From: Lama glama
Taxonomy: Eukaryota
Length of the DNA: 64,000 nucleotides
Assembly (NCBI GenBank): GCA_028534125.1
Contig: CM052824.1
Location: 58,404,001-58,468,000 of the forward strand
Direction: 5' to 3'
Shown: positions 24,659-37,575 of the stretch, one piece after another
Layout: each line of letters begins with the position of its first letter
Numbering within the stretch: position 1 is the stretch's first letter
Notes under the pieces: generated by a model
Databases searched by the model: none
The model's input: only the letters and a program-made list of their open reading frames with translations
What the model was told of the DNA's origin: nothing
Program-made: the position numbers and the translations under genes

Positions 24659-27634
24659 CTAGGCTGGGCGCTCTCTCCGCGTGGGGATGTCACCCCCATT
24701 TTTTGGTTTGGGTCTATGAGAATCTTTGTTTTTCAGTGAAGGCTCATCTGTGAGGCTGCTCAGAGCCCGGCTGTTCCCTTTAGGCTCTGAGGTCTTCTCT
24801 CTCTTTTCCAAGACACTTACTGGATCATTCCTAAAGAAACAAACTTAACGTGAGTTTCTGTCTGCTCCCCCCACCTCGCTGCATCCCAGTGCTGAAGTCC
24901 ACTCGGGCAAGGGCTTTCGGAACAGCCAGCCCTTCTGGAAGGCACCGGTAGATGAGCATATCTTCTGAACCAGAACTACATTGTCTCCTAAAGTATTATC
25001 TCATTTCTAATTTTTTAAAAAAAATTTTTGGTGGGGGTTTATTTTTAGAGGAGGTACTGGGGATTGAACCCAGGACCTTGTGCATGCTAAGCATGTGCTC
25101 TACCGCTTGAGCTATACCCTCCCCCCTCTGATGATGTTCAGTTGCCAAAGCAGCAGCAGTTTGGTCTCTTAGCTCGTGGTGACAGTGCTTTGAATCGACC
25201 CTCCCTTGAAGCATCTGGGCTAAACGAGGTGCTTGGGAGGGTGGGACAAGTTTCTGCTCTGTCACCAAGCACGCTGTGGCTCTCTATGGCTGCAGACCTC
25301 CCCACACCCCGAGGCTCTCCTAGCTGCGGCTTTCTACAACTCTGTTCTCCAACCCGTGACTAACACTTTACTGAGAGTGCAACACTGAAAGATGAGCCTG
25401 TGACGGTGACATGTCTGTTACCGCACATTCTTCTCTCCCCCTGGCAAGTGTTTTGGCAAACACTGTGGCTCCAGTGAATAGTAACGCTCTCACACAAATA
25501 AATAACCCTCAGTCACTTTTTCTCACGTAAGGGGGTTTGAGTGACGCGGGGTGACAGCCTGCGTGCTCAGTGGTGTGAGCGGGGCGGCCGGCAGACACAG
25601 CCACCCCAAGTTATAAAACGTGGGTCAGGTCTATCAGCCACATGTGTCATCTACCAGGTCACATGTTTGAAGGCACTGTGTAGATTAAGAGCCCCTCCGA
25701 CCACATGTTTTACAAACTGAGGCCCTGCCAAGGCCGCAGAGCTGGGCTCTGTCTTTGTCGTTGTGTGTGTCCCTGAGATGAAGTTGTTTGCTGTGGGAAG
25801 ACTTGCTCCACCTGGCCTGGGCCTCGCCATTCACGCCGTCGTCATACGTGTTTTGGAGGTGGTCCGACTGTTCATCCACGGGTGCCTGAAACCTGGGCGA
25901 GAGACAGCAGTTACTGGGAACCGGGGCGGTGGGAGAGGTGGCCCGCCGCGTGCCCCTAAGCTCACTGCACAGCCTTGTGCTAACACTCAAGGGCCTGCCT
26001 CGAGCTCTGGGCCTCAGATATTTGCTGTGGGCCAGGGCCATGGCAGTGGATGGGGGAGGCCAGGCCCTGGCCCCGCGGAAGTTGCGTTCCAGTCGCGGAG
26101 ACACGCCAAGGCTGGGAAGGACGCATGGAGCCGGATGGTGACAGCAAGCGAGGCCTGCTTTCACCAGGGTGGTCTGGGAAGGACTGCCTGTCGACATTCA
26201 AGCTGCGACCTGAGTGACGAGCATCCGTGGAACCACCTGGAGCAAGAACCCTTCCTGCAGAGGCTGGGAGTAGAGCAAGCCCAGCTTCTCCGGGGACTGA
26301 CAGGCCGTGGTGACCGGGGTGTGGAGAGGGTCCCGGAAAGGCTATCGGGGCCCAGCACAATAGGCTATGTGACGTGCTGGAGGGGCCGGGGCTGGGGCTG
26401 ACGACAGTGGCTTGGATTGGGGGCTGCAGTGGAGACAAAGCAGGTGGGTGAGACAGTGGAGCCAGCGGGATCTGGGGATGGGTTGGAAGAGGGGTGAGGA
26501 AAGGAATCCAGATGTCTCCCCGGCTTTTTCCAGGAGCATCTGGGTGACTGGTGCATTTACTGAGATGAAACAGGAGGACCATGTTCCAGGGGAGGAAATT
26601 GAGTCCTGGGGCCATTGTAGGACTTGAGGTACCCGTCTAAGCAGAGACAGCCCCTCCCAGGAAGGGACACTTGGAGATGAGTCTGGAGCTTGGGTGGGTC
26701 CGTACTGGGGACAGGGACTGGGGGTCGTCTGCACCACCACAGGGGTTTTAAAGCCAGGAGACCGGGTGAAGCCCCTGAAGGAGAGGGTGCAGAGGGAGGA
26801 GTATGCCTGGGGCTGAGCCCTGGGGAGAACTGACATCTGGGCCTTGAGCCAAGGAGGCAGAGCCAAGCCAAAGGGGCTGAAGGAACAGCTGGGGAGGCAG
26901 GAGGGAAACGGAGTGTGGAGGGTCTCTGAAGCAAGAGCAGAGCACGGTGAAGGTGATGGACGGTCTAGGCTCCTCAGTGCTGCTCCTCTGAGGCCAAGGG
27001 ATGGAAAGGTCACTGATGAGTGGATTCTTGGTGGGCGGGGGGCGTGGCCAGCAGTGGGAGGGGAGGAAGCAGAGGGCAACTCCAGACACCTAGGAAGTGG
27101 TGCCAGGAAGAGGGCTGGAGGCAGCCTCCCTGCTCACCCCAAACCTCCAGGAGCTTGGCTCCAGCCCGAGCGCCTTTCCAGTTGCTGAAACTGACCACAG
27201 ATGCCATTTCCCCACAGAGACGTGACTCCCCCAGGTGTTGCCCCTTGTGGGCGGACAGGAGCACACTACTGGAAGCCAGCTGCTCACAAAGCAGAGCACA
27301 CAGAAGGGAAAGGGCACAAATGATAAGGGCACGGCTTAGTCTGGGCACACAGGACGTCACCTCCACCCAGAGGCCCTCCAGGATAATCACCATCCCAAAT
27401 GCTAACATGAGACGTTAGTTCGCTTGGTTTAGAGGTTTTATAAATGGAATCACACAGTATCTAGAGTAAACTGCTTTGAATGTCAGCTTGGGAGGAAACA
27501 GCGTAACTAGTCCTGGATAGACAAAGATTGATCAGAATTTGTGCAGAAGGTATGAGGAGTGGAACTTCTCAGTGTGACATGTTCAAATAGTCACTTAAAA
27601 GGAGGTTTGACAGTTTTGGATTAATGTGGCAATT

Positions 27635-27669
<35 letters not shown>

Positions 27670-30600
27670 AATTCTCCTTCTTCCCCAAACTCACTAAAAC
27701 TAGTAAAGGGACCAAAATGAGGGGGTAAAAGAAAAGCCTCTCCAGGTTGAGGGCAGGAAAGGCTAACACCAAAATTTTGGAGGCTGGAGAGCAACTGGAC
27801 AAGTGGTCACTGAGTTAGCAGACCCGGGAAGCCTGAATTCAAAGTGCACAGAGCAAGCTGAGGCCAATTCCCACCAGAATCCTTAGGGGGCTCAGGAATG
27901 GGCAGCCCCGTTGCCTCTGCAGGACTGAGTGGGATTGAAATAGGACGATGAAGGTCAAGATCCCTGCCTCTGAGCATGCTAGCCCCACACCCCTCAGAAG
28001 TCTGCAGCGTTAGTCTCTGGAGGGTACAGCACACAGGTGAGAACCAGAAAACCAGGTGTGCATACAGATGCTCCAGGTGTGCGTACAGATGCTTCCAGGA
28101 AGGAAACCGGGAAGAGATCTAAAACTGACATTGAGGCATTGAAAAAAAAAAAGAAAAGCAAAATAAAAAACTCTGACCACACAGATCCCTTACACTGAAA
28201 CACCACCCATGGGCTCAGAGCGTCCATCCTGCCCTACACAACCCCACCCCAGCCCCAACTCCTAACATGAGCACGTAATCAAAGATTTCCTGACCATCTG
28301 ACAAAAGCCTTTAACATGGAAGATAGAAACCTAAACAAACAAAACATAACTTGGAGGAAATAGACTTCAGGGAGAAGGAAACTTAAAAAAAATAAAAGCA
28401 GAGGCGGTTCGGGACATAGCTCAGTGGTAGACTGTGTGCTTAGCACGCACGAGGTCCTGGGTTCAATCCCCAGTCCCTCCATTAAAAAAACAAAACAAAA
28501 ACCACCACCACTAGGGTGAGGGGGGGAGAAAGCAGACACCTATCAGCCCCCGAGGGGCGTCCGTGAAACAACAAGACGCTGTGTAACAAGAAGAGGGCAC
28601 AAAGATGCCTATAGTTTAAAATGTTTAAAAGAGCTCTTGGAAGTTTTCTTCAAAAATGAAGAAATGAATAGAAGAGTTAGAAGATAAGTGAGGAAATCTC
28701 CCGGAAAAAACAGCAAAGAGATGGAAAACAGGCCTGGAAGGGGAGGGTAAGTCAGAGTGCCAGCTCAGGGAGGCCCGTGTCCAATGAGAATTCCGCAAGT
28801 GGAGAAAAGCAACTGACCAGTTCAAAAAGAAATACGCCCAAAATGAAGGACATGAATTTCCAGACTGAAAGGGCCCACCAGTATCCAGTGGATGGAACTA
28901 GACCCTCACCAATGTGAAATTTCAGAACACTGGGAGCAGAGAAGATTCCACAAGCTTCTACGGAGAATTAGTAGGTCACCGTGCAAGGATTAAGAATCGG
29001 AGTGCCTTCAAACTTCTCAAGGAAGAGAATCATCTCCAATCAAGAATTTCCATCTGGAATTCAACGTGCAGCAAAACTATCAGTCAAGTGTGAAGGCGGA
29101 ATAAAGATATTGCAGACGTGTGCTATTCAGAACAAGTCCCTCCTTTCTCAAGGGCTGCTTGGGGGATGGGCTCCACCAAGCCGAGAGAGAGGAAACCCGG
29201 ATAGAGGAATCAGATCTCTGCCCAGAGCCAGGCAAGTGGAGTCCCCTGGAGCGTGGCGGAGGGAGAGCGCAGGCTGACCACTCTGCGCCGGCCCTCCAGG
29301 GCAACCAGCCCACCCTGGGGCCCAGAGACTTGAGAGACAGCACACTGAGGACCTGCCACCGAAAAACCTCTGGCACTGTAGCACCTTTCAGTGCCCAAGT
29401 GTGGTGCTGAGAGCCTGGTCGAGGTTCCTGTCTAGACTAGGTTAAACTGTGCACTGAGGAAGTTCTCTTTCCTCTGTGTCCTGCTGCCTGGATCCGCTGA
29501 GGACCCTCATTGCACCCCCAAGGTGTGGAGAGGGGGGTCGTTGTGCACCCAGAAGTGGGAACTCAGAGCAGCCCACTCATTCTGTGTTTTTGCAGATGGC
29601 CAGCACCTGCCCTGCCCAGGTGCCCTGTTTAAACGTTCACAACCCGGCCCACGGACTTCCCTGAGTGGGGCTCTTCCAAATGTGTGGCGCTTTCCCCACA
29701 CACATTTGGAAGTGTCCTGGCTCCCTTGGAACACCCGCTGGTCTCACCTGGGCTCCAGCCGCTCCTTCACCTTGGCAATGGAGTGGACGTAGGGTGTGAT
29801 CTGCTTGGTGATGGTGGTCAGGTAGGCATTCTCCTGTTTCAGCTGGAGAAGGTCACGGAGCTGGGCTGTGGGGGCCACGGCCAGAGAGTTAGGTCTTGTT
29901 GGCCTCAAATGCTTGCTCTCAAGCCTCAAACCATTTAGACATCCTAACTGTTTCAGTGGTGACCTCTAAGTAAGGAGTGAGGGGAGACTTGTGAAGGCAT
30001 CCTACTTACTGAATCCTGACCTCAGATGTATAATTTTGGGGTCCGTTAGCAGCTGTGAGGAAAAGGCAAGGGCTAAGGGGAAGAGCATGGGGGTTCATGG
30101 CTGGTTAGTGGGTAACTGACTTCCTGCCCCTGAAAGCATGTGGTTTAGCTCCAGGGCTGCGGTGCACCCAGCATCAGCTGCCTGGGACCTTCATAAATCT
30201 CCTGCTCATTAGCTGCCCGCTGGTAGGATTCCTCCCAAATCTGAAAGAGAAAGTGAGTCGGACACGGCATGTGACTGTGAGTTGGAATTCCCACTGCGGC
30301 ATTTCTGCCCTCTGGCTACTCAGAGCCATCAGGCACCTGCAGCCAGTTCCCATGGTTCCAAGTGGCAAAACCCAGGTTCCAGAGCCTGCCACACGAGGGC
30401 CTCATAGGGCACCAGGCCAAGGTCCTCCCCGCTCCCGTTCCTGTCTTGGGGTAGCCCATGTATATGCTGACAAATGGGGTGCAGGGAAGGGAGGTGCCTC
30501 GGGAGGGGCTACCTCCTGGAAGACGACTCTCATCCCCTCCACGGACGCGTACTCCGCAGTGATCTGGGCGTCCACCTGCAAGGACTTGTGCAGAATGTCG

Positions 30601-33600
30601 CCCATGATCTCGGCCTTGATGAGCGAGTGGTGCTTGGTGAGGTCCCGGTGCAACTCCTGGACCTGGTCCTTCAGGTTCTGCATCTCCATCTGCAGGCGCT
30701 GGGGGGAGAGACGACACGAGTGTCTGTTCCCTGCAGGCTGTGTGCATGGCAGGGGCGACGGCAGAGGGATGGCTTCCAGGCCACATGGCCAAGACTAGAT
30801 TTGGCCAGTGCACCTTAGGGAGAAGGGGAGGAGCCTTTCCCAGCCCTCAAGTTCTGACATCCTCACCCGGTAGGAGTCCTCATAGTGGCGGCAGTGCTCC
30901 ATGAAGGGTGAATCGTCACCCTCTGCCAGCAGCACCTTGGTACTGATGGACCGGTGCAGCGTGGGCTTTTGGACCGGTGACCCCAACATCTTTCCCACTG
31001 GGGAAGGACAGCTGGGCCCCAGCATTACCTTGGGGCCCGAGCCCCCTGCTAGCCTAGGGAGAGAACCAGAATGGATACAGATGTTGGGGGAGCGGTGTCC
31101 ACAGTGTCACTCCTTCTCCTAGCCTCCCAGTGCGTTCTCAGCCCTCTCACCCCAGGCTGCAAACCAGAACCACACAGGAGCTCTGAAAAAACCTGATGCA
31201 AGACCACACCCAAGGCCAGTGACATCAGAAGGATATTTTAAAACATCCTGAGAGTGATGCTGATGTGCAGAAAAGAGTCCATCAGGATATCCTTAGGGCT
31301 GGTCCCCAGCAGACAGTATGTTCACTAACATATCCTGGACCTTGGAAATTTGGCCTGTCGTGCAGTCTCCCTTGCCTGGGGCCCGGGGGTCCTTGGCACA
31401 CACATCTTAGGCATTTCTCCTAATTCCTCCTGGGTCTCTGGCTCTCCAGACTGGAGCCCGGAAGTCAGACCCCCTGAAGCTTCTGGCCACCTTAAGGTCC
31501 CACCTTAAGCTACCCCTTCCTTTCAGGGAGGAAAGGAGCTGAGACTGCAGCGGCATTTGGGGGAAGCCCTCAAGTCCTCCTGTCCACGCCCGACCCAAGT
31601 CCGCACCAGTTCTACCAGGGGTTTCCGATCTGGGGGGGGTGCCCAAAGGCTACTTCCTGGCTGGGCAGACTCGCCTTTCTGCCCTGACGATTTCGGTGGC
31701 ACCCAGATGCAGCGCGGGGAGCTCGGAGAGCTGGGAAGGGTGACGTGCGGTGGCCCCCAACCCAACCGGGAACTTGTGCCCGCCCCCTCCTCCCGGGTCC
31801 CGGTGCCTGGGAGGGCGCCCCGCGGCTCACATGCTGGTGCCACCCCCAGCACCCGCCGCCCAGCGTGGCCCCGGCAGCAGCAGCGGCTCCAGGCAGCGCG
31901 CGAACTCGGCGCGGTGGTCGCTGGTGATCTGGGAGGTGGGACAAGGTCCTGAGGCAGCTCCACACCCCGCGGGCCCCCGGCCTGCCCCCGCCCACCCAGC
32001 GGCGCCGCCTGTGCACCTTGCTGCTCTGTGCTGGCCTCAGGCGATGTGGCCGTGTGACGATGCCCTGCAGTCTCTCCATCAGCTCCTGCGGCGGTTCGAG
32101 GGAGGGCGCTCAGGTGGGTGGGGGGTGGGGGTGACCCACCTCAGTGAGGAGGGTGGCCCCGAGGGCAAGTCTGTCTTTGGGACTTTCCCTGCTGTCCATT
32201 GGCAGCTCCAATCCTCCCTGGGATTGGCCCGGATGCCCACATCAATCCCATTCCCAAATCTTCAGGAAAGGTTGGGGGGTCTGGACTCCAGTCGACTCTA
32301 GGCACTTTGGGGGAGGAGACTTAAACTCCCTTCCAGGCTTTGCTGTCCGTTTAAAAGGGACTCAGCTGACCCCTGAATGGTTTGTAGATAACAGCGTGGA
32401 GGAGGGGAAGGTAAGCCCAGAGAACCCCGGCCCAGCCTCCAGGCAGGGGTTTCGGGTGTGCAGGGTAGGTTCCTGGTGGGGAGGGGGGTCACTCGCAGGA
32501 GCTGGTGGCACTCACATAGCCCAGGTCCAGGAACTCAGCCTTGTTGGCCAAACTGAGGAAGGAAGAGCAGATGACCAGGTGAACCTGCGAGAGGGACACT
32601 GCTCAGTGCCTGGCCTGGCTGGGGTGCCCAGCCCGCACCCCCCAGCTCCCCTTACCTGCAGGGTGGGCAGCAGAGTGGCCAAATGGGAGAGCTGCTCCTT
32701 GAAGGCCTTGTCCTTTTCTTCATACTGGCTGGTGGAGGGGCAGGCAGCCTCATCTGCAAGGTGAGGGCTGCCTACCCCTACCTGGGATGGGGGTGCCTCA
32801 GAACTGGGTGGTTTCAGCTCCCCACCAGCTTTGTGCAGCATTCCCTGTAACCCCTTCCCTGAGCCCTGAGCCCCCCTGCCCTCCTCACTGGTGTCACCTG
32901 GATGTCTTGCCTCCCAGGGTAGGGCAGGCCCAGGCCCAGGCCCAGGCTGTGAGATAGGTGTCTGGAGGCCAAGGGGCAGGGAGTGGAGACCCCACCACCA
33001 CTCACCTCTGTACAGCTTGAAGCAGCAGCGCTTTCCTCTCTGCCAGTTTGTCCTGGGAGGGACAGTCTGCCACTGACTGCCACCTCCCAGGGCTCTCCCA
33101 CTCCCCTGGGCCCCAGCCACACAGCTGGCTAGGCTGGCCATCTCTCCAGCCTACCAGCTCTGCTGCCTCCTTCTAGCATCCCACTGCCTGAGAGCCCTGG
33201 GGCCCTCCCTTTACTGTCACCCCCGAGGGAAGTCTTCCTGACCACCTTTCACCACCAGCCTGGGGCAGGGTCTTGCTCCCCTTCTAGAACTCTCCTGGCA
33301 CCTGAGATGAAGTAGCTCCTGGAAGGAGCTCAATGCTTGCTGACCTGCACTGGAAACTCCACAAGGGCGCCTTATGGGGCCTGCACTGTGTCCTGGGCAC
33401 CGGGTCATGTTTGATAAGGATGCTCAGCCTATGGTCGTCCTGCCCCCCTGCCCCTCACCTGCATACTGCCGAAGAGGGCGTGGATGGCGGCCTCCTCATC
33501 GGCTGCGCTGCGTCGCACCTCCTCCACCATCGCCTGCAGCAGCGCGATGGCCTCCCGCGTGGCGGTCTGCAGGGCCTTCACCGCCTGGGAACAGGGCGGC

Positions 33601-36308
33601 CTCAGCCTCGTGGGCGCGCGTTCCCAACCCCAGCCCCGGCGCCAGGCACCCCGCGCTCACCAGCACCGCCTGCTGCAGCCGCTCGCAGCCCTGCACATAC
33701 GCCGACTCGAGATCCACGCAGTGGGCCCGGCTCTCCCTGCCGGGAGCCCGCGGGTGAGCCCCGCTCCGGGCCGCCCTCCAGCTCCCCCACCTCCCGCGCC
33801 CTCTCCCCACCTCTGCATGTCCCGGAAGCAGCGGATGCACAGCAGCGACTTCTTGTCGGTGGAGAACATGATGTAGGGCTCGGCGTGCAGCGCTGCGGCG
33901 GAGGCGGCAGTGAGGGCTCCGGACGGTGCCGCCCCCATCCCCACCCGCGGCCCCGGCGCTGGTCCCCACGCGGCCCGTCGCACTCACCGCACTTCTGGAG
34001 CACGTCGCGGCTGCGCTGGCCCAAGGCCACGATGTCGTGGCGCGCGAACATGCGTGCCCGGTGCGTCTCGTCGCGGCAGCGCGCGCACAGCGGCTGCCCG
34101 CAGGTGTTGCAGAAGTACGTGGTCTCCGCGTCCTGCGCACAGAGCTCGGGCTCAGCCCGCCCATGGACTGGGAACCTGAGCCCGATCACTGCCCGCGAGG
34201 GAACCGCAGCCTCCACACGTCGTTGCGCGCATCAGTTGCAGCCTGGGGCAGGCGCGCGGCCAACTGCAGCCCTTTCATGGAAGTCCGAGGCGCAGCGCCC
34301 TAATATACCCCGTTGACAGATGAGAATACCGCTGCCCAGAGACTAGGTAAGTAGGGTCAGTAAAAGGCAGGTACCCAAAACGGGCATGGGGAGGGGGTTA
34401 TATGAGGTTGTGGGGAGGGCAGACACTGCATTTGGAAAACATTTTACCTACAACAAAACCGTGTGCGTGTCTGTGTGTGTGAAGCCCTTTCAAACTTCCC
34501 TTGGTACCTTCAATAGGAGCCAAATGGCTGTGCTCACTCCAGCCATATGGTCGGCACTTGGCTAGGAGAAGAATAGGAGTGACAGTGTGCAGGTGCCCTT
34601 CCCCAGGGCTGAGAGTCCAGGGCACTGACTCCAGTAATGGCTGAGAAAGTACAGACACCACCCCACAACTCTTTTCTTTGGCACTCAAGCCATTTCCTCC
34701 CCATGCTCTCTCTACCTTCAGCCCCTCACCTCCTGCTGGCTGTCTGTACTTCTGGGTAACACATATCCTAGAATTTGCCCAGTACACCCCAAACTTTTGC
34801 TCCTGCAGGGACATCCTCCTGGATTTGGAATACCCCATTCAGCCTTCACAGGCTGGAGAGAGTCCTGCGTGTCCTTCACAGTCCAGCCTGAAGCCTGATC
34901 TCTGCTCCCTGGTCTTTCAGGATCACCCATCCAGCAGCACACTGTCTTCACTTCCCCTTGGGCTGCAGATAGCTGTGCACAGCTACCCAGGTAGCAGCGG
35001 ACCCTGGAGAGCTGGCCCAGGTCTGTGCACTGGACTGCCCTTCCTGTTCCAATTTACAACTCCACCCTGAGTTGGGGACCAGTAAGCTCCCCCCAAATTG
35101 AAATGGTCTTAACCTCTGCAACTATCTGGCTGTTGGCTCAAGTCAGTTGTTTTCGACCTCAGTCTCCACGTCAGTAAAATGGGCCCACATTCTGGATACA
35201 GGGTGGCTTAGAGAGGTGCTGGAGAATCCACTGATGGATAACCCTCTGAGGACATGCTGGTAACACTCCAAGCATCAGGACTGTACAACCTGGCACTCTC
35301 CGCTCCCCACCCCACCCCCAGGCACCCCTGCCTGCTTGCCGCACTCCAGGTCACAGTTGGCACAGCGCACCACCTCCAGGCCATCCCCTGAGCTGTCCAC
35401 CAGGAACTGCAGCAGCCGATCCACTGGAGGGAGCCCGCTGGGGCCCTTCACCGCCGTCTGGTATCTGCGGAGAAGCTTCAGCCAAGATCCAGATGCCCCT
35501 TCCCCAAGGCACCCTACCACTTCCTGCCCCATACATTCCAGGCTGGAACTAAAAATAGGACTGAGAGGTGGGGTGTCTGCAGGCCTGACATCTATAAATA
35601 TCTCAGCCACTGCTCACTCTGACCCTGTCCCTCTCCAGTCCTGGGGAAATCCTGGGAGGGGGTTGGCAACCCAGGGTGCCAAAGGCAAAAGCCTCCCCCT
35701 CAACTCCTTCTCACTGCTTTGGGCAAATTTAGGGCCACCCTGGGTGACCTGAGCCAACAAAACATGCTTACGTTGACCTAAGACTTCAGGACCCCCAGGT
35801 GAGTTACTGATTGAGAGTGTTCTGAAGCTGTGCTGAGATTCCCATATTCCAGCAGCACTGGGTCGACAGGGCATGCCTTGTAGCCCGTCCTTGTCCTCTG
35901 ACTTTCTGTGGGATGCCTTGGTCGATAACCCCAGGTCTCAGTTATCCTGATCTGTAAAATGGGTGGGAGCGTTCACGTTCTCCGTTGGAGAAGTACCAGC
36001 TGGGTGTAGACCTCTCCTAGCCTTCTCCACCAGGAGTCAGAACCTTGCCCTTCCTGCACGTAGGTCCCTGCTCAGGTAGAGCCAATTTCCCCTCCTCGGG
36101 GCCTTGGAGGCACTCACTGGCACAGCGGGCAGGAGAGGTGGCCATCGGCGGCGCGGCCGCGCAGGCAGCCGGCGCAGAAGTGGTGGAAGCAGTCCAGCAG
36201 GCACGGGCGCTCGTACTGCGCGTGGCACAGCGGGCACACAAGCGGGTGGCCGCTTGCCGCGTCCAGCGCGCTCGGGCCCTCCAGAGGAGCGAAGATAGCT
36301 CCGGACAT
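24659..36308 (-). CDS. RNF207: RING finger protein 207 (RING, B-box, coiled coil), 634 aa
   Basis: complement(join(36118..36308,35332..35464,33988..34132,33811..33892,33661..33736,33459..33584,33006..33052,32656..32728,32516..32584,32017..32085,31831..31928,30867..31053,30513..30698,30189..30240,29748..29865,25812..25892,24659..24830)), 1905 nt in frame. Starts MSGAIFAPLEGPSALDAASGHPLVCPLC (C3HC4 RING) and ends ...NGGDIPTRRERPA*. All junctions GT-AG except a GC donor after 35332. The non-coding exon 1 was not resolved. Confidence 0.95.
25010..25126 (-). mobile_element. tRNA-Ala(AGC)-derived SINE (camelid vic-1-like)
   Basis: Minus strand GGGGAGGGTATAGCTCAAGCGGTAGAGCACATGCTTAGCATGCACAAGGTCCTGGGTTCAATCCCCAGTACCTCC plus A-rich tail; Pol III A and B boxes present; stems mismatched. 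Confidence 0.85.
26340..27050 (-). mobile_element. LINE2 (L2) reverse-transcriptase region remnant
   Basis: Degenerate minus-strand translation QMSVLPRAQPQAYSSLCTLSFRGFTRSPGFKTPVVVQTTP resembles the L2 GVPQGSVLGPLLFSLYT...HGFNYHLYADDTQ segment; ends approximate. Confidence 0.6.
27637..27666. repeat. (AC)15 microsatellite
   Basis: Perfect dinucleotide run. Confidence 0.97.
27670..29170 (+). mobile_element. Old LINE1 5'/ORF1 remnant (L1M-type), interrupted by a SINE
   Basis: A-rich plus strand with ORF1-like traces (cagactgaaagggcccacca resembling QIERAH; KLSVKCEGGIKIL); ends approximate. Confidence 0.55.
28403..28528 (+). mobile_element. tRNA-Ala(AGC)-derived SINE
   Basis: gggacatagctcagtggtagactgtgtgcttagcacgcacgaggtcctgggttcaatccccagtccctcc plus A tail; possible 8-bp TSD AAAGCAGA (28395-28402 and 28529-28536). 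Confidence 0.8.
31140..31280. mobile_element. MER5-like (hAT-Charlie) remnant
   Basis: Resembles recalled MER5B consensus (ctgca...gaatcac...ggagct...aaaa...ctgatgc...gtgat.ctgatgtgcag); degenerate. Confidence 0.45.
33450..34320. promoter_or_regulatory. Intragenic CpG island over four RNF207 exons
   Basis: CpG-dense across exons and the short introns between them. Confidence 0.65.
35095..35260 (-). mobile_element. MIR fragment
   Basis: cctcagtctccacgtcagtaaaatggg context. Confidence 0.5.
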
Positions 36309-37100
36309 CTTCGGGGACAGCGAAGGAAGGTGGCGGGGCGCCCTTGGTGCGGGAGTCTGTCCGCGGAGACCGCACGGGCTCCCGCCGTCTGTCTGCCCCG
36401 TCACTGGCTCCCTCTTACCTCTCCCGATGGACCCCACCCGGCGTCCAGCTGTCGTGGAGCCGGAAGCAACTGGGGCCCGGGGCCGGCGGCTGGAGCGCCG
36501 GGCGCAGGGAGAGTGCGCCGGGAGGCGTGCGGGCGCCCTGTGCTGGCCCTCCTCGCCTCTCCCGGGGGGTGCCCTGGAAGGTCAGGCCGCAGGCCGGCAG
36601 TGCTTCCTATCCAACGCCCAGCCGCCCCCTGCCTGCCTCTCCTCTCCCACCTCCCCTCACTCCCACCCCAGGAATTCCCCTCCCGGTGTCCTCTGGGTGA
36701 CCTGCAGGCGACACTCCTTCCGTGCTGGGTGCACCGTTACTCGGGCGCGGTGCTCCTGTCCACCTTTCCCAGGCTGGCGGCCACCGGTCACGGTCGCGGC
36801 CCTCCAAACCTCGCCCAGAGGAGAAGCGGAAACCCGCGGATGGAAAGGACGGCTCCTGGCGAGGGTCCGAGGTTCCGACTGGACCCCGCCCGGGATGACA
36901 CAGTCTGGAACCTGGAGCCGCGGGAACGCCGCGCAGAGCGGGGCCCGAGGACCCTGCCTGCGGGCTCCTCGAGGGTGCACGGTCCCCCTGGCTAGACCGG
37001 CCCTGTCCCGTCGGACTCGGGCGGGGACAGGAGTGGTTTCGCGCGGCCTCATTTCCTAGACGGCCAGTTGAGGGCGCCAGAGAGCAACAGCCGCCCCTCC
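36000..37100. promoter_or_regulatory. RNF207 promoter/first exons CpG island
   Basis: CpG-dense region immediately upstream (minus strand) of the RNF207 ATG. Confidence 0.75.
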
Positions 37101-37479
37101 CTCCCCTCCCGCAGACACCCCAGTGTTTGGGAGATCACGTGAGAGCGCTTGGAATCCCAGGGCTGCCTTTGGCTGCCTGGGGGGACTCTCGGCCAAGTTC
37201 CTGACCTCTTAGAGCCTCAGAGCCGGGTTAAACAGGGCGGCCTCCCGTTGATGAGGTGAGACTTCAATGAGGTGAAATGAACGTCCTCAGCTTCCAAAAA
37301 ATTAAGACCCCACCCCCATCATCAGCCAGTTCTCCCCGAAGAGGTAGGTTTGGGCGGGAGAGTGAGAGAGGAAGCTCTGAGCCTCTCCAGCCGGCCCCCC
37401 TCTGTCTTTCTTGGCCCGGTAGGTACTTGTTTCACTAAGTGTCATTCTCTCCAGGGTCCCCGCCTTTTCTGCACACGTC

Positions 37480-37575
37480 ATGGTGAGCTATGTGAAGGGG
37501 CCCCTGTCTCTGACCCTCTTGAAATCATAGTGAAGCCCAGAGCCTGACCCACAAAAGGCGCTCAATAAAATCTTA
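37480..37575 (+). mobile_element. L2 3' end fragment
   Basis: gcccagagcctgacccacaaaaggcgctcaataaaatctt resembles the L2 terminal gtgcctggcacatagtaggcgctcaataaatatt. Confidence 0.5.

Noticed and set aside
25050-25122. Apparent tRNA-Ala(AGC) genes (also near 28410 and 39010)
   Set aside because: Acceptor, anticodon or T stems have mismatches or deletions, and A-rich tails and TSDs are present, so these are SINE copies.
33333-34316. 327-aa plus-strand ORF, and a similar 316-aa ORF at 36045-36995
   Set aside because: Antisense shadows of RNF207 exons inside CpG islands; no recognisable protein features.
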